Source: Bryobacterales bacterium (GTDB taxonomy: Bacteria > Acidobacteriota > Terriglobia > Bryobacterales > UBA6623). Taken from it: a DNA stretch of 64,000 bases. Where the stretch lies: assembly GCA_963422375.2 (NCBI GenBank), contig OY729428.2, positions 1 to 64,000 on the forward strand, written 5' to 3'. The notes under the pieces were generated by a model, which saw only the letters and a list, made by a program, of their open reading frames with translations, was not told where the DNA came from and made no database searches. The position numbers were made by a program, and so were the translations under genes. This document shows, piece after piece, positions 47,109 through 57,577 of this stretch; positions within the stretch are counted from its first letter, which is position 1, and the number at the start of each line of letters is the position of its first letter.

Positions 47109-48107
47109 TCAGAGCCGGTACGCGCGCGAAGCGCTGTCGTGGAAAAGGTCGTCCCTCTCGGCCTCTGTCGCCTCGGCGGCGATCTTCTTGAATGCGTTCC
47201 AGAGCACGTGATACGAGCAGCTCCGCCTGTCGACGGGGAAGTTGCTCTCGAACATGCACCTGCGGGGCCCGAAGGCTTCGATGGCGTAGCGGTGGTAGCG
47301 CCCGGTGGCCTCGACGATCTCGTCGGAGGTCGCCGGCCGGTCGCGCTTGTGGAACCCGAACCCGTTGACCGGCATGACGGCTCCGCCGAGCTTGGCGTAG
47401 ACATTCTCGCAGCGCGCCAGCTCGCTTACGTCCCGCCGCCACCTTTCGAAGATCTCGTCGCGCTTGCCCCGGTAGGGCCCGATGCCGAGCGGGCCGCCGA
47501 AATGATCGAACACGATCAGCGTGTCGGGGAAGGCCCTCGCCAGATCCGTCAGCTCGGGGATCTGGCGGTGGAAAAGCCAGGCGTCGAAGCTCAGGCCGCG
47601 CCTGCGGAGTTCCGCGAAGCCTTCTCGGAACACGGCGTCGAGCAGCAGTCGGGCGGGAGGGTTGCTGTGCGAGTTGCGCACCTCGTCGCTCGGATCCCAC
47701 CCGACCGCGTGACGAACCCCGCGAAACCGCGAGCTGGCCGCCAAGTGCGCGTCGAGGACCTCGCCGACCGCCGCTCCTAGCGTCAAGTCGGCATGGCCGA
47801 CGATCCCGAGGCAGGCCCGCGTGGAACCGTATCGGCCGCTGGCGCACATCGCAGCCGCCCCGTTGGCGAACTCAGTCTCCCCGACCGGCCGCAGAGACTC
47901 GGGTCCGTCCGCCCGGTACATGCTCATGCACTCGACGAACACCGTGCTGGCGATGTTGTGACCGCTTCCGGTGTCCGCGAGCAGCTCGTCCAGCAAGTAG
48001 CGGCTGCCGGGGTGATCCCACAAGTGATGGTGCGGATCGCAGATCCGCCGCTCCGGCTCGATAATTTCCTCGCTGACCCGCGCCAGCCAGTCCCGACTTG
48101 CTGACAC
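47109..48107 (-). CDS. Amidohydrolase family protein (Amidohydro_2)
   Basis: ICDPHHHLWD, RFRGVRH, SFDAW, DHFGGP, KLGG, RCMFESNFPVD. Confidence 0.88.
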   Translation of the reverse strand: MSASRDWLARVSEEIIEPERRICDPHHHLWDHPGSRYLLDELLADTGSGHNIASTVFVECMSMYRADGPESLRPVGETEFANGAAAMCASGRYGSTRACLGIVGHADLTLGAAVGEVLDAHLAASSRFRGVRHAVGWDPSDEVRNSHSNPPARLLLDAVFREGFAELRRRGLSFDAWLFHRQIPELTDLARAFPDTLIVFDHFGGPLGIGPYRGKRDEIFERWRRDVSELARCENVYAKLGGAVMPVNGFGFHKRDRPATSDEIVEATGRYHRYAIEAFGPRRCMFESNFPVDRRSCSYHVLWNAFKKIAAEATEAERDDLFHDSASRAYRL

Positions 48108-48179
48108 TCGACTACTCCCGCCCGCGTGACGGCGCAGGTTGACCGGAGGATGGCCTCGCGGCACGCGCGTCCCGGAGCG

Positions 48180-49190
48180 TCATCGCGGCAGCCCGCTCGC
48201 CTCGATCGTGAACGGCAGCGTGCTGACCCGCCCCTTGCGCCGGACCTGCACCCAGACGCGGTACATGCCCGGCTCGGGGAAGATCACGTTCATCTGAATC
48301 CGTCGGCCTCCGTCCGCGATGCTCGGATGGCCGTGGATCATTGTGACCAGGTCGTCCTTCACAGCCAGCATGTGCGCCCACGCGCCGAGGAACTTCTGCA
48401 GGCCGCGCGCGGTGTTCAGCTCGAAGAACAGCAGGGTCAGCAGACCCGCCACGGGTCGCTCTGGCTCCGTCCGCAGCAAGACCCTCACGTTAGCGCCGTC
48501 CTTCGGCTCCAGGTCCGGCCGCAGGTCCGCCTTGAGCGCCTGCAGCGGGCGTTCGAAACCGCGGGTCGTCAGCGTCATCGGAACCATCTGCGGCGTGCCG
48601 CCGGAAGGATAGAAATCGCCCATCAAGCGGTAGCTGCCCGGCCGCTCGAACGTGGCTTCGATGCGAAAGATCCCGTCGCTGCCCAGCTCGGGATGCTCGT
48701 GCCGGAAGTCCTCCAGGTCGTGGCTGACCCAGAAGAGGTGGAACAGCTTCTCGTGAACCGCCAGGAATTCCGTCTGACGCTCGCCCGAGACAGGCTGCAG
48801 CACCTCGAACTCGAGTCTCGCCGGCACGCCCGGGTCGACCGCCCCCGGCACCGTGCGGAGCAGGACCGGAAACTCCCCGGGCGAGGCGAGGCCGAGCACC
48901 AGCCTCATGCCGCAGCGCGAGCAGGTCCCCGCGATCCGGGAGCGGATGTCCGGATCCATCGGGCACACGAAGGGCAGCGGGGCATACGGCGCCTCCTGGG
49001 CGCCGAGGGCGTCCGTGCGCTTCTGGCCTTCCAGCTCGCCGGACCCCGCCCCGAGCAGCAGCGCCCAGATCAGGCCTGTCGCGCAGCGCCGGCGACTGCT
49101 CGCCGGCAGAGCGCGACCCGGACCGGGGCGGCGCGACGAGCTGGCCGCCGGAATCACGCCGGCCGGGCCGGGCCGGGAGCCGCCGCTCAA
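48180..49190 (-). CDS. Heavy-metal-binding-domain exported protein
   Basis: FVCPMDP...GTCSRCGMRLV, VHEKLFHLF, HEHP, LGAWAHM, HGHP. Start uncertain. Confidence 0.7.
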   Translation of the reverse strand: MSGGSRPGPAGVIPAASSSRRPGPGRALPASSRRRCATGLIWALLLGAGSGELEGQKRTDALGAQEAPYAPLPFVCPMDPDIRSRIAGTCSRCGMRLVLGLASPGEFPVLLRTVPGAVDPGVPARLEFEVLQPVSGERQTEFLAVHEKLFHLFWVSHDLEDFRHEHPELGSDGIFRIEATFERPGSYRLMGDFYPSGGTPQMVPMTLTTRGFERPLQALKADLRPDLEPKDGANVRVLLRTEPERPVAGLLTLLFFELNTARGLQKFLGAWAHMLAVKDDLVTMIHGHPSIADGGRRIQMNVIFPEPGMYRVWVQVRRKGRVSTLPFTIEASGLPR

Positions 49191-50074
49191 GGGCTATCGA
49201 CCTCCTCGAAGAAGCCGCCCATCGCGCGGAACTTCTCGTAACGGTGCTCCACGAGATCCTCTCCCGACATGCCGGCCAGAGACGCCAGGCTGCGCTCGAT
49301 GGCGTCGCCCAGCGAGGCTGCCGCGCCGTCCGGGGAATTCTGAGCCCCTCCAGGCGGCTCGGGCACGATCTCGTCCACCAAGCCCAGCTTCTCGAGATCC
49401 CCGGCTGTCAGCTTCAGCGCCTCGGCCGCCAGCTCGGCCTTGCCGGAATCCCTCCATACGATCGCGGCGCAGCTCTCCGGGGAGATCACGCTGTACACCG
49501 AGTTCTGCATCATCAGCACGCGATTGCCGACGCCCAAGGCCAGCGCCCCGCCGCTGCCACCCTCCCCGATGCAGGCAGCGACCAAGGGCACGGAAATAGT
49601 GGCCATCTCGTAGAGGTTGCGCGCGATCGCCTCGGCTTGGCCGCGCTCCTCGGCGTCCATGCCCGGGTAAGCGCCGGGGGTGTCAAGCAGCGTGACCACC
49701 GGCCGACCGAACTTCTCCGCCAGCTTCATGGCGCGCAGCGCCTTGCGGTAGCCCTCGGGCTTCGGCATGCCGAAGTTCCTGTGCAGCTTCTCCTCCGTGC
49801 GCCGCCCCTTCTCCTGGCCGATTACCATGACCGGCAGGCCGCGCAGGAAGCCGAAGCCGCACACCACGGCAGGATCGTCGCCGAACGCCCGGTCCCCGTG
49901 GATTTCGTGGAAGCGCTCGATCAGGCGCTCGATGTAGTCGAGCGCATGGGGCCGCTGCGGATGGCGGGCCAGCTGGACCACCTCCCACGCGGCAGGCCCC
50001 GCGCCCGCGGGGGGAAGCGCGCGCTGTTTCCGGCCGCCCGGCTCGCCGTCAGTCTGCGCACCTAGCTCGGCCAT
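49187..50074 (-). CDS. accA: Acetyl-CoA carboxylase carboxyltransferase subunit alpha
   Basis: VQLARHPQRP, HGDR.FGDD, NFGMPKPEGYRKA, DTPGAYPG, GEGGSGGAL, YSVISPE. TACAAT lies just upstream of the ATG at 50074. Confidence 0.95.
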   Translation of the reverse strand: MAELGAQTDGEPGGRKQRALPPAGAGPAAWEVVQLARHPQRPHALDYIERLIERFHEIHGDRAFGDDPAVVCGFGFLRGLPVMVIGQEKGRRTEEKLHRNFGMPKPEGYRKALRAMKLAEKFGRPVVTLLDTPGAYPGMDAEERGQAEAIARNLYEMATISVPLVAACIGEGGSGGALALGVGNRVLMMQNSVYSVISPESCAAIVWRDSGKAELAAEALKLTAGDLEKLGLVDEIVPEPPGGAQNSPDGAAASLGDAIERSLASLAGMSGEDLVEHRYEKFRAMGGFFEEVDSP

Positions 50075-50141
50075 GGAGGCGAACGCCCCAATTGTACCCG
50101 AGCGGACTCGGGCAGCCGCCGCTCGGCGCGGGGCGCGCAAG

Positions 50142-52325
50142 TCAGCACGGAAGGCTCCGGTATTCCGGCCGTCCCTCCTCGATGGCGATGAAGCGGTCGA
50201 CCGGAACGTTCCGGAATCGCTGGGTCAGGCCGGAGGCCGGCCAGTGGACCTCTAGCACCTCGATTCGATCCGCGCGCCCCAGTCCGAGATGCTGCCGGAG
50301 CGGATTGGCTCCGAAGCTGCCCCCGCTATTGACCCACTTGTAGATCGCCCTGCTCTCGCCTCCCTCCGTGACCTCGGCCCGGATCCTGGCGCCAAATCCC
50401 GGATCGGTTCGACCGCGTGCCGGTCAACTGCACCGCGATCCAGCGGTTGCCGAAGCCCGGGTTCTCGAACAGGGCGTTCGCGTAGGGGTCGCCGGCGTAG
50501 GCGCCTCCCAGTTCGACGAAGAGGTCCTGGTCACCGTCGTGATCGAAGTCCGCGAAGACAACGTCGTGCCCCTTCTGGAGGTGGCCGACGCCGGGCGCGA
50601 AGGTCACGTCGGCGAAGCGGCTCCCGCCTTCGTTGCGGAACAGCAGGTTCGGCATCAGCCCCTCGTAGGCCGGATAGCCTGTTCCCAGGCAGTAGTCCTG
50701 GAAGCCGTCGTTGTCGAGGTCGCCGAAATTGGCCCCCATCGGCTGCGTGATCCTAGCCACGCCCGTCTCGACCCCCACCTCCTCGAAGCCCCCGCTCCCG
50801 TCCCCGCGGTAGAGCCTGTCCGCTTCCGTCCTGAGCGCGGGCAACCCCAGGTAGGTCGCCGCCACGTCGGCGACGTCCCACTCGTAGCCCGCCGCGTACA
50901 GGTCGAGCGCGCCGTCGTTGTCGTAATCCCAGAACCAAGCCGGGAAGCTGCGCAGCGGGAGGTCGACCCCGAGGCCGGGGGCGACGTCGCGGAACGCACC
51001 GTCTCCGTCGTTGCGGTAGAGCCTGTTCGGCCCGCCGAAATTCGACAGGTACAGGTCCGGGTCGCCGTCTCCGTCGTAATCCCCCCAGACCGCGGCCTTG
51101 GCGAAGTCGTCATTGGTCACGCCGGACTCGCGGGCCAGGTCCTCGAACGTCCCGTCGCCACGATTCCGGAACAGCTGGCTCGGGGCGTGCTCGTTCGCCA
51201 CGTACAGGTCCAAGTCGCCGTCGCTGTCGTAGTCAGCCCACGCGGCCGCCTGCGTTGGAAAGTGCCGTGCGGCGAGACCGGCCTCCCATGTCACGTCGCG
51301 AAACCGGCCCCCGCCGACGTTCCGCAGCAGGGAGTTCGGGTACTGGCGCCCGGCCCGCTCGAGCCACGCTCCCCTCAGCACCAAGACGTCGACGTTGCCG
51401 TCGTTGTCGTAATCGGCCTGAGCCAGGTTGAGACCGCCGTGCAGGCCCGCGAGCCCGGCTCTCTTGGTCCGGTCGTCGAACGTGCCGTCCCCTCTGTTGC
51501 GAAAGTAGCGCAGCTGCCCGCCCGGACTCCAGTCGGAGACGATAAGGTCCAGCCACCCGTCGCCGTCGAAATCGTCCGCGACCGCGCCGCCGCTCAGGCT
51601 GACGAGGGCGAGGCCTCGCTCGGCCGCGGTCTCGCGAAACCGGGGGAAGTCCGCATCCGGCTCGAACCGCTCCGCCGGGATCGCCACCGAGCCGGGAAGC
51701 GCCGCCGGATGCTCGCCGATCACCATCGGGCCATGTTGGCGAGCCATCGCGCGGCAAGGTGTCCCGGCTCCCTCTCGAGCACCTCGGCGAGATAGCGCAC
51801 GGCTGCCCGCGCGCCGGCCTGCTCGCGGTGAATCCCCCCGGACCGGATAGGCAGCACGCAGCTGTCGGGATGCCGGTGACGGATGCAGTTCTGCGTCTCC
51901 CCGAGCCGCAGGTGCGCCAGCCCGAGCTGGAACGTCACCTCGGTGTCGCGCCCCTCGGCGAGCTCGTACGCCTCCAGCAGGCGCTCCGCAGCCGCCCGGT
52001 TGTTGCCGAGCCGCAGGTCGTCCCTGCCCACGGCGAGGCTGAGCCGCAGGCGAAGACCGGCAGGCGCGTCCGGCGGGAGCGACTCCAGCTCGGCGCGCTC
52101 GGCGGCATGCACTTCCCCGCCTGTGTAGACGTTCTCGGTCGCGCTGCGCTCGCGCGCCCGAGCCAGCCACCGGAGCATGAGATCGTGACCGTCCGGCGGG
52201 CCTGCGGGGTCGGGGCGGACCCGTGCCGGGGACGATTGCGGCTGGGCCCGGGCGGCGCTGTCCGGGCCCGCGGCCGCGAGCCAGAGAAGCTGCGCTACGC
52301 AAGCCGCCATTGGAATCCGGCCCAT
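50142..52325 (-). pseudogene. TPR + FG-GAP/ASPIC-UnbV (CRTAC1-like) protein with two frameshifts
   Basis: LRLGETQNC...HPDSC; repeats DFDGDGWLD, DYDNDG, DLDNDG; SNRSGI-GARI...SGGSFGANPLRQHLGLG. Frameshifts near 51730 and 50393. Confidence 0.8.
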
Positions 52326-52369
52326 CGTCCCGGGGGCTTCGCGAGCGCCCGATCTAGTATATTTCCGGG

Positions 52370-53615
52370 ATGCGCGGGGCGACCCAGATCCGGCGCTTGG
52401 CCACTTGCCTGCTGCCGGTGGCCTTCGTCCCGGCACCAGCGGCGGCGGCGGCGGAATGCGCGGCATCGCCGGAAATCGAGTCCGCCCTGCTCGGCGAGCC
52501 GTCCCCTCCGCCTACAGCGCCAAAGGCGAGCTCTTCGCCCGGCAGGGGACCCGGGCTGCGCCGCCAAGGCATTCGAGGCGGCCCTCGTGCTGGACCCGAG
52601 GTCTTGGCAGCCGCGCTTCCGACTAGGGCTCCTGCACCTCCAGGACGGGCGATTGGCGGCCGCTCGGCCGCACCTCGAGGTGGCGCGAGACGAGCGTCCC
52701 GAATCTCTCGAGGTCCGACTCGCGCTCGGGTCCGTGCTGGCCGATCTCGGCCGCTGGGAGGCAGCCACCCGGGAGTTCGAGATGGCCGCTGCCATTGACC
52801 CGGACTCGACGGAGGCGCGCCGCCGCCTCGCCCGGGCGCTGATCGCGCAGGGCCGGCTGTCCGCGGCGGCCGCCCACCTGCGGAGGGCTCTGTCGATCAA
52901 GCCCGAGGACGCGGACTCCCTGCTGCTCCTCGGCCGAGCGCTCGCGGACGGCGGCGAGCCCGAACAGGCGATCGGCGTCCTCGAGCGGCTGGTCGCGGCG
53001 CGGCCGCGCCACTTCGCGGGCCGCTTCAATCTCGGAAGCGCCTGCGCCCAGGCCGGGCGCTTCGGCGAGGCGTCCGCGCACTTCGGCGAGGCCATGCAGC
53101 TCGACCCGACCAGCTCCGGCGCGCGGCTGGCGAAGGCCAAGGCCGCGACGAACCTGCGCAACTACCGCGAGGCCCTCGATCTGACCGAAGCATGGGCCGG
53201 GGAGGTTTCGGAGCCGCCGGACGCTTTCGAGGTCGCCTTCCTGCGCGGCACCGCGCTGCGCGGGCTGGGCCGCTTCGGGGCAGCCAAAGCGTCCTTGCGG
53301 CGGGCGGTCGGCATCGACCCCGGCAGCGCCGACGCCCTGCGTGCGCTCGGGACGATCCTAGCGCGGCGGGGCCAGCCCGCCGAGGCCCGGACTTACTTGC
53401 AGCGAGCCAAGGAGCGGAATCCCGAGTCCAAGGAAATCCGCTTCGAGCTCATCGCGGTCCTGCGGGATCTCGGAGACTCGGCAGCGCTGCAGGCCGAGAT
53501 GGAGGCGTTCGAGGACCGCAAGCGGCAGAACCTGCGCGAGGGCATGGCCCGGAGAGCCGCGGAGCGCGGCGGCGCCTACCTACCTACGGGAGGGTGACGC
53601 GGAGTCCGCGCTGAG
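52370..53615 (+). pseudogene. TPR-repeat protein, frameshifted and truncated by an IS
   Basis: Signal peptide in the 52370 frame, TPR repeats in the 51759 frame from ~52550. Extra CTAC (x3 at 53576-53587) causes an early stop; cut at the IS end 53616. Confidence 0.75.
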
Positions 53616-55330
53616 CAGCGGTTCTAAATTTGGCCGTCCAGGGGGTGCGTGAACGTTGTTTCGGAGGATGAGGTGAATCAGTTGACCGAGAGGTTGCGCT
53701 CCCGAGGCCGCCCCGCGAGAGCGTCGGACGGCGGGCAGGGCCGTGGTGCGGCCCGCGTCGCGGGTCCGCCAAGTGCCGAGCCCGCGGCCGGACGCTGCCG
53801 GCACGAAACTGCGCGGAGTCCAGGCCCCGGCTGCCTGGCAGCCCGGAGGCGCGCGTCCGTCGCGTACCGCCGCCAGCAGCGTCGGCCAGTCCGGGAAGCG
53901 GAACCAGCGCAGCGCGACCTGCAGCTCCTGGAACAGCTCCTGGAACAGGGCGCGGCGCGTGACCAGCTGGCGCCGGCACTGCTGCCACAGCGCGCAGACG
54001 CACTGCACCGACACACTGCACCACGGCGTGGAGCGCGAAGGCGAACAGGTTCGGCACGGCCGGCACGTTGGCCAGCGCGTCCTTGCCGTGCCCGAAGTTG
54101 CGCTTGCAGTTGCGGCCGTGCCGCGCCAGGCAGTTGCAGCCCTCGTTCTCGATCTTCCAGCGCGCCCGGCCGGCCCGCGCGATCCGCTCCGCGTTGTCCG
54201 CGGTGACCGCGAGACCGGTGAAGAAGCTGCTGGCGCAGGTGCGCTTGCCGTCGCGCTCCACGGCGTACTCGAGCCAAGTGCCCCGCAGGGCCTCGCGGCC
54301 CTGGTGCAGGGGCGCCGCGGCCGTCCGGCGGAAACGGTGCCGCTCGGACCGCTTGCCCTTCCCGCGCCGCGGCAGCCAGCCGGTCGAGCGCACCGCGCCG
54401 CTCGCCCGCCGACTCTCCGGCACCTCGTGCAAGTGCTTGCGGGATCCGGGCTTGCATACCCGGATGCAGTCCATGCCGGCCGCCGCGGCGGCCTCGCAGA
54501 CCGGCTGGCAGCAGTGCAGGTCGTCGCCCGGCAGGACGGGGCGGCAGGCCTGCAGCCAGGCGCCGTGAGCGGCGAGCCAGCGCTTGGCGGCGTTGCGCTC
54601 GCAGTCCCGCTTGCGCTCGTCCTCGCTCATGTCGGCGCGGGTCGGCGCGGGTCGCGACCGCGTCCTGCTGCGGGCACGCGAACTCGGGCATCAGCGGCAG
54701 GACGGTGGCGTGGCCGTCGGCCACCGCGGTGGCCGACGGCCATGGTGCGGAAGTACTGCGGCCGGCGCTCGCTGCCGCCGCGCCGCACCGAGCACTGCGG
54801 GCCATGCGGGCAATGCACCGTGTCGGAGCGGTGGAACCGGACGCCGTCCGGAGCCGCCGGCAGGCGCCCGTCGAGGCGCTGGAAGGGCTCGAGCGCGCCC
54901 TGCGCGGCCACGGTTTCGAGGCACGGCCGGAACGGCGGGTCGCACGCGGCCGGGTCGCGGTCGTCGAGCAAGTTGCGGATCCGGTTGTCGCAGGGGATGC
55001 GGCCCACGCCGCACAGGGTCCGGCAGTTGGAGCGCGAGCCGTCCCGCTCCATGCGCCGCTGGAACGCGAGCAACGACTCGCACCGGGTGCAGAAGCAGGC
55101 CGGGGCGCAACCGGCGGCGTCGCTGACCTCGTAGCGCTTGTTGCGGCGACCCTCGCGCCGGTCGGGCCGGCCGGCGGCCGTCTCGCGGATGGCGCTCAGC
55201 AGCGAGTCCAGGACATAGGGCATACACCTTAGCTCACAAATTCCGCAAGCAAAAGTCAAGTGCCAGACTGCCTTCGACACCTTTCTCAGACACTCTGGAA
55301 ATCCCCAAATGCCCAAATTGAGAATCGCTG
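53616..55330 (-). mobile_element. ISNCY-like element with multiply frameshifted DDE transposase (start ~55227)
   Basis: TIR CAGCGGTTCTAAATTTGG / CCAAATTGAGAATCGCTG. Protein fragments PDRREGRRNKRYEVSDAA, IPCDNRIRNLLD, KRDCERNAAKRW, GDDL, GRARWKIENE. No TSD. Confidence 0.8.
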
Positions 55331-55519
55331 GCGCCCGCCGCGCTGAGCGCGGCAGCCCGCTGCGGGCGCGCTCTTCACGCTCGGTGCGCTTCACGCCCGG
55401 TACGAGGGTCGCACCGGATCCGGAATGCCCCGGTGCGACCCCAGTCCGGCCCGGACCGTCCATGCAGGCCGTCGAGCGCCGGGGATCCGCTGTCTTCGGC
55501 CCTCAGATATATAATTCCC
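55331..55519 (+). mobile_element. Orphan end of an IS1595-family element
   Basis: Near-identical to the reverse complement of ~6928-7086 and ends in the same TIR CTCAGATATATAATTCCC. Confidence 0.85.
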
Positions 55520-56646
55520 TTTCCTTTCACGCATCAGCGCGTGTGTTCCTCGAAGATCGAGAACACTTTCTCCTCGTGCGGGATCTTCTCCCCCCGCAGC
55601 ACGCGCCGCTCCACTTGGTCCGCCAGGAGCTGCACGCACCCGAGGTAACTCCTTGCTGCTCCCAAGGTTCCCTGGTCTTCCCCGGCCCGCGCCAGGGCCG
55701 CCAGCGCACCCTCCGCCCGCCGCGCTATCTCCAGGGCCGCCTCCAGGTACGACCGCACCCTCTCCGGGTTGCCTTGCCTCCTCTTCGCCTGCCGCACCCG
55801 GTTGAATTCCTGCTTCAGCGTCTTCAGCAGCCGCGCGCTCTGCCGCCAGCCCGCGATACCGCGCCCCTTGCACAGCGGCGCAATAGAGCGAATCAGGCAG
55901 CGCAACGCGTCCCGCAGCAGACTCACCTCCGTCGGGTAATACACGTTCGTTCCCTCCACGAACGAGTCGCACCGCGCCTTCAGCGGATCGCCTTCCTCGT
56001 ACCCCGCCAGCGCGTGCCCCTATTGCACGACCAGCCGATTGATTTCAGCGAGGAGATCGGGCGTGAGAAGCTTCGGATTCCGGTTGACTGTCCGGTAGCT
56101 GAACACCTGCTCGTCGAGCGTCGCGTTCAGACCGAGGAAGCGCCGGACGTCCGCGTGCTTGTTCGCCAGCTCCGTCACGCGGTCGCAGTCGCAATTCAAT
56201 CCCTGCTTGAGCAGTCCCAAGACGAGAATGTTCCACAGCTGCATGCCGGGACGACCGACGGTAGGGTTGATCTTGCCGGACTCGCCTGCGGAGTGATCGC
56301 TTCTGTTCTCGCCGTTCCCGCTACTCTCACCGAGACCGAGGATACGGCTATCGAGCAGTCCTAAAACCTTGTTCCGCAACTCCTTGGTGCGATAGAGAGA
56401 CTGTATTCCTAGCAGGATGGCCGGGATATCATCGCGGGAACGGACGTCGAGATCGATTTCCTCGATTGCGGTCTGGCCAAGGGTGAGCTGGAACACCTGC
56501 ACGGTCCTCACGGGCGGTTCCTCATCGAAGATTGTCGCACAATCCCCCGGAAGCGCGCAAGCCGGCCTGGATCGGCCCGATCTTCGTCCCACAGACCTCC
56601 TGCAACCGACCGGAAAATAAGGGCTTGCGCGTTTTTTCACAAGCAC
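55520..56646 (-). mobile_element. IS5/ISNCY-like element, left part only; transposase pseudogene from GTG 56511
   Basis: End GTGCTTGTGAAAAAAC at 56646. Protein VRTVQVFQLTLGQ...RSRDDIPAIL...GRPGMQLW...*...RCDSFVEGTNVYYPTEVSLL...KIPHEEKVFSIFEEHTR*; interrupted by the IS1595 end at 55519. Confidence 0.8.
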
Positions 56647-57577
56647 TAGGTAGGCTCAGCGTGACGTCCGAGATGATCGCGGTCCCGAGCGCCGTGGTCA
56701 CCTTGGCGACGCAGGCGCTGACCGGCTTGGGACTGATGCTGGCGGCCATGCGGGTCTTGCGCCATGACCGGAACAAGAGTATGGACCGGATGGAGGCTTG
56801 GTCGGAACAACCATGCTCGTGAAGCCTTGGATTCGAATCACCGTGCTGCAAACGGTATTCTTCCGCCTGCCGTCCCTCTTCGGTCAGGCGGGAATGACCG
56901 AGGACGCCAGCGGCGTCTATCGGCCCTTCACCCTGTTGCGGTAGCTCAAGCTAGCCACGGCATGGTTCGTCGATCCGTTGTTGGTGGACCGGAGGGCGAT
57001 ACTCAAGGTGTACTGGCTACACTAGGTGCTTGGTTGGAATCAAGTCCCGTATCGGGAATGGAGTCGAATCCGAGGGGGAGCGATCCAGCTATCGGTATCG
57101 GTACGTGACGGAGATGCCCTCGCACTGACCTGTTTGTGATCAGCCGTATGCGGTCTGAGGGCATGGTTCGATGAGCTAGCCGCGTCGGAGCGTCACAAAG
57201 CCTTTGCGTTCACTGACGACGAGCACCGTGGGACAAAGAATGGAATCCGCGTTGTGACGTGGGATCCGGGACAGGCTGTGGCTGTCGATCTCAATCAGAT
57301 CCTTGTGTTCAAGGGCATGGGATGATCCGAGAGCGGACTCGCCACCGTAGACCGCCCGCAGGCCTACCGGCAGGCCCTTGCAAGTTCCTACCGGGCGACC
57401 GAGCCCGCTGGAGAATCCAAGGAGGGCGCGGTAGCGTCGTTCACGGACCAAGTGGCTCCAGCCGCCGGGCACGAGGCGCAGCCAATTCCAGGCAGGCCAG
57501 CCACGCGGGCCTTCAAGCCTCCCCCAACCCAACCCTACTGCGAGAACTGCTGCCTGCGAGCGGAGTGAGCCCTTGAT

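Noticed and set aside
51759..52540. N-terminal half of the 612-aa ORF 51759-53597
   Set aside because: It is antisense to the ASPIC/UnbV pseudogene; the real start is probably 52370 in another frame.
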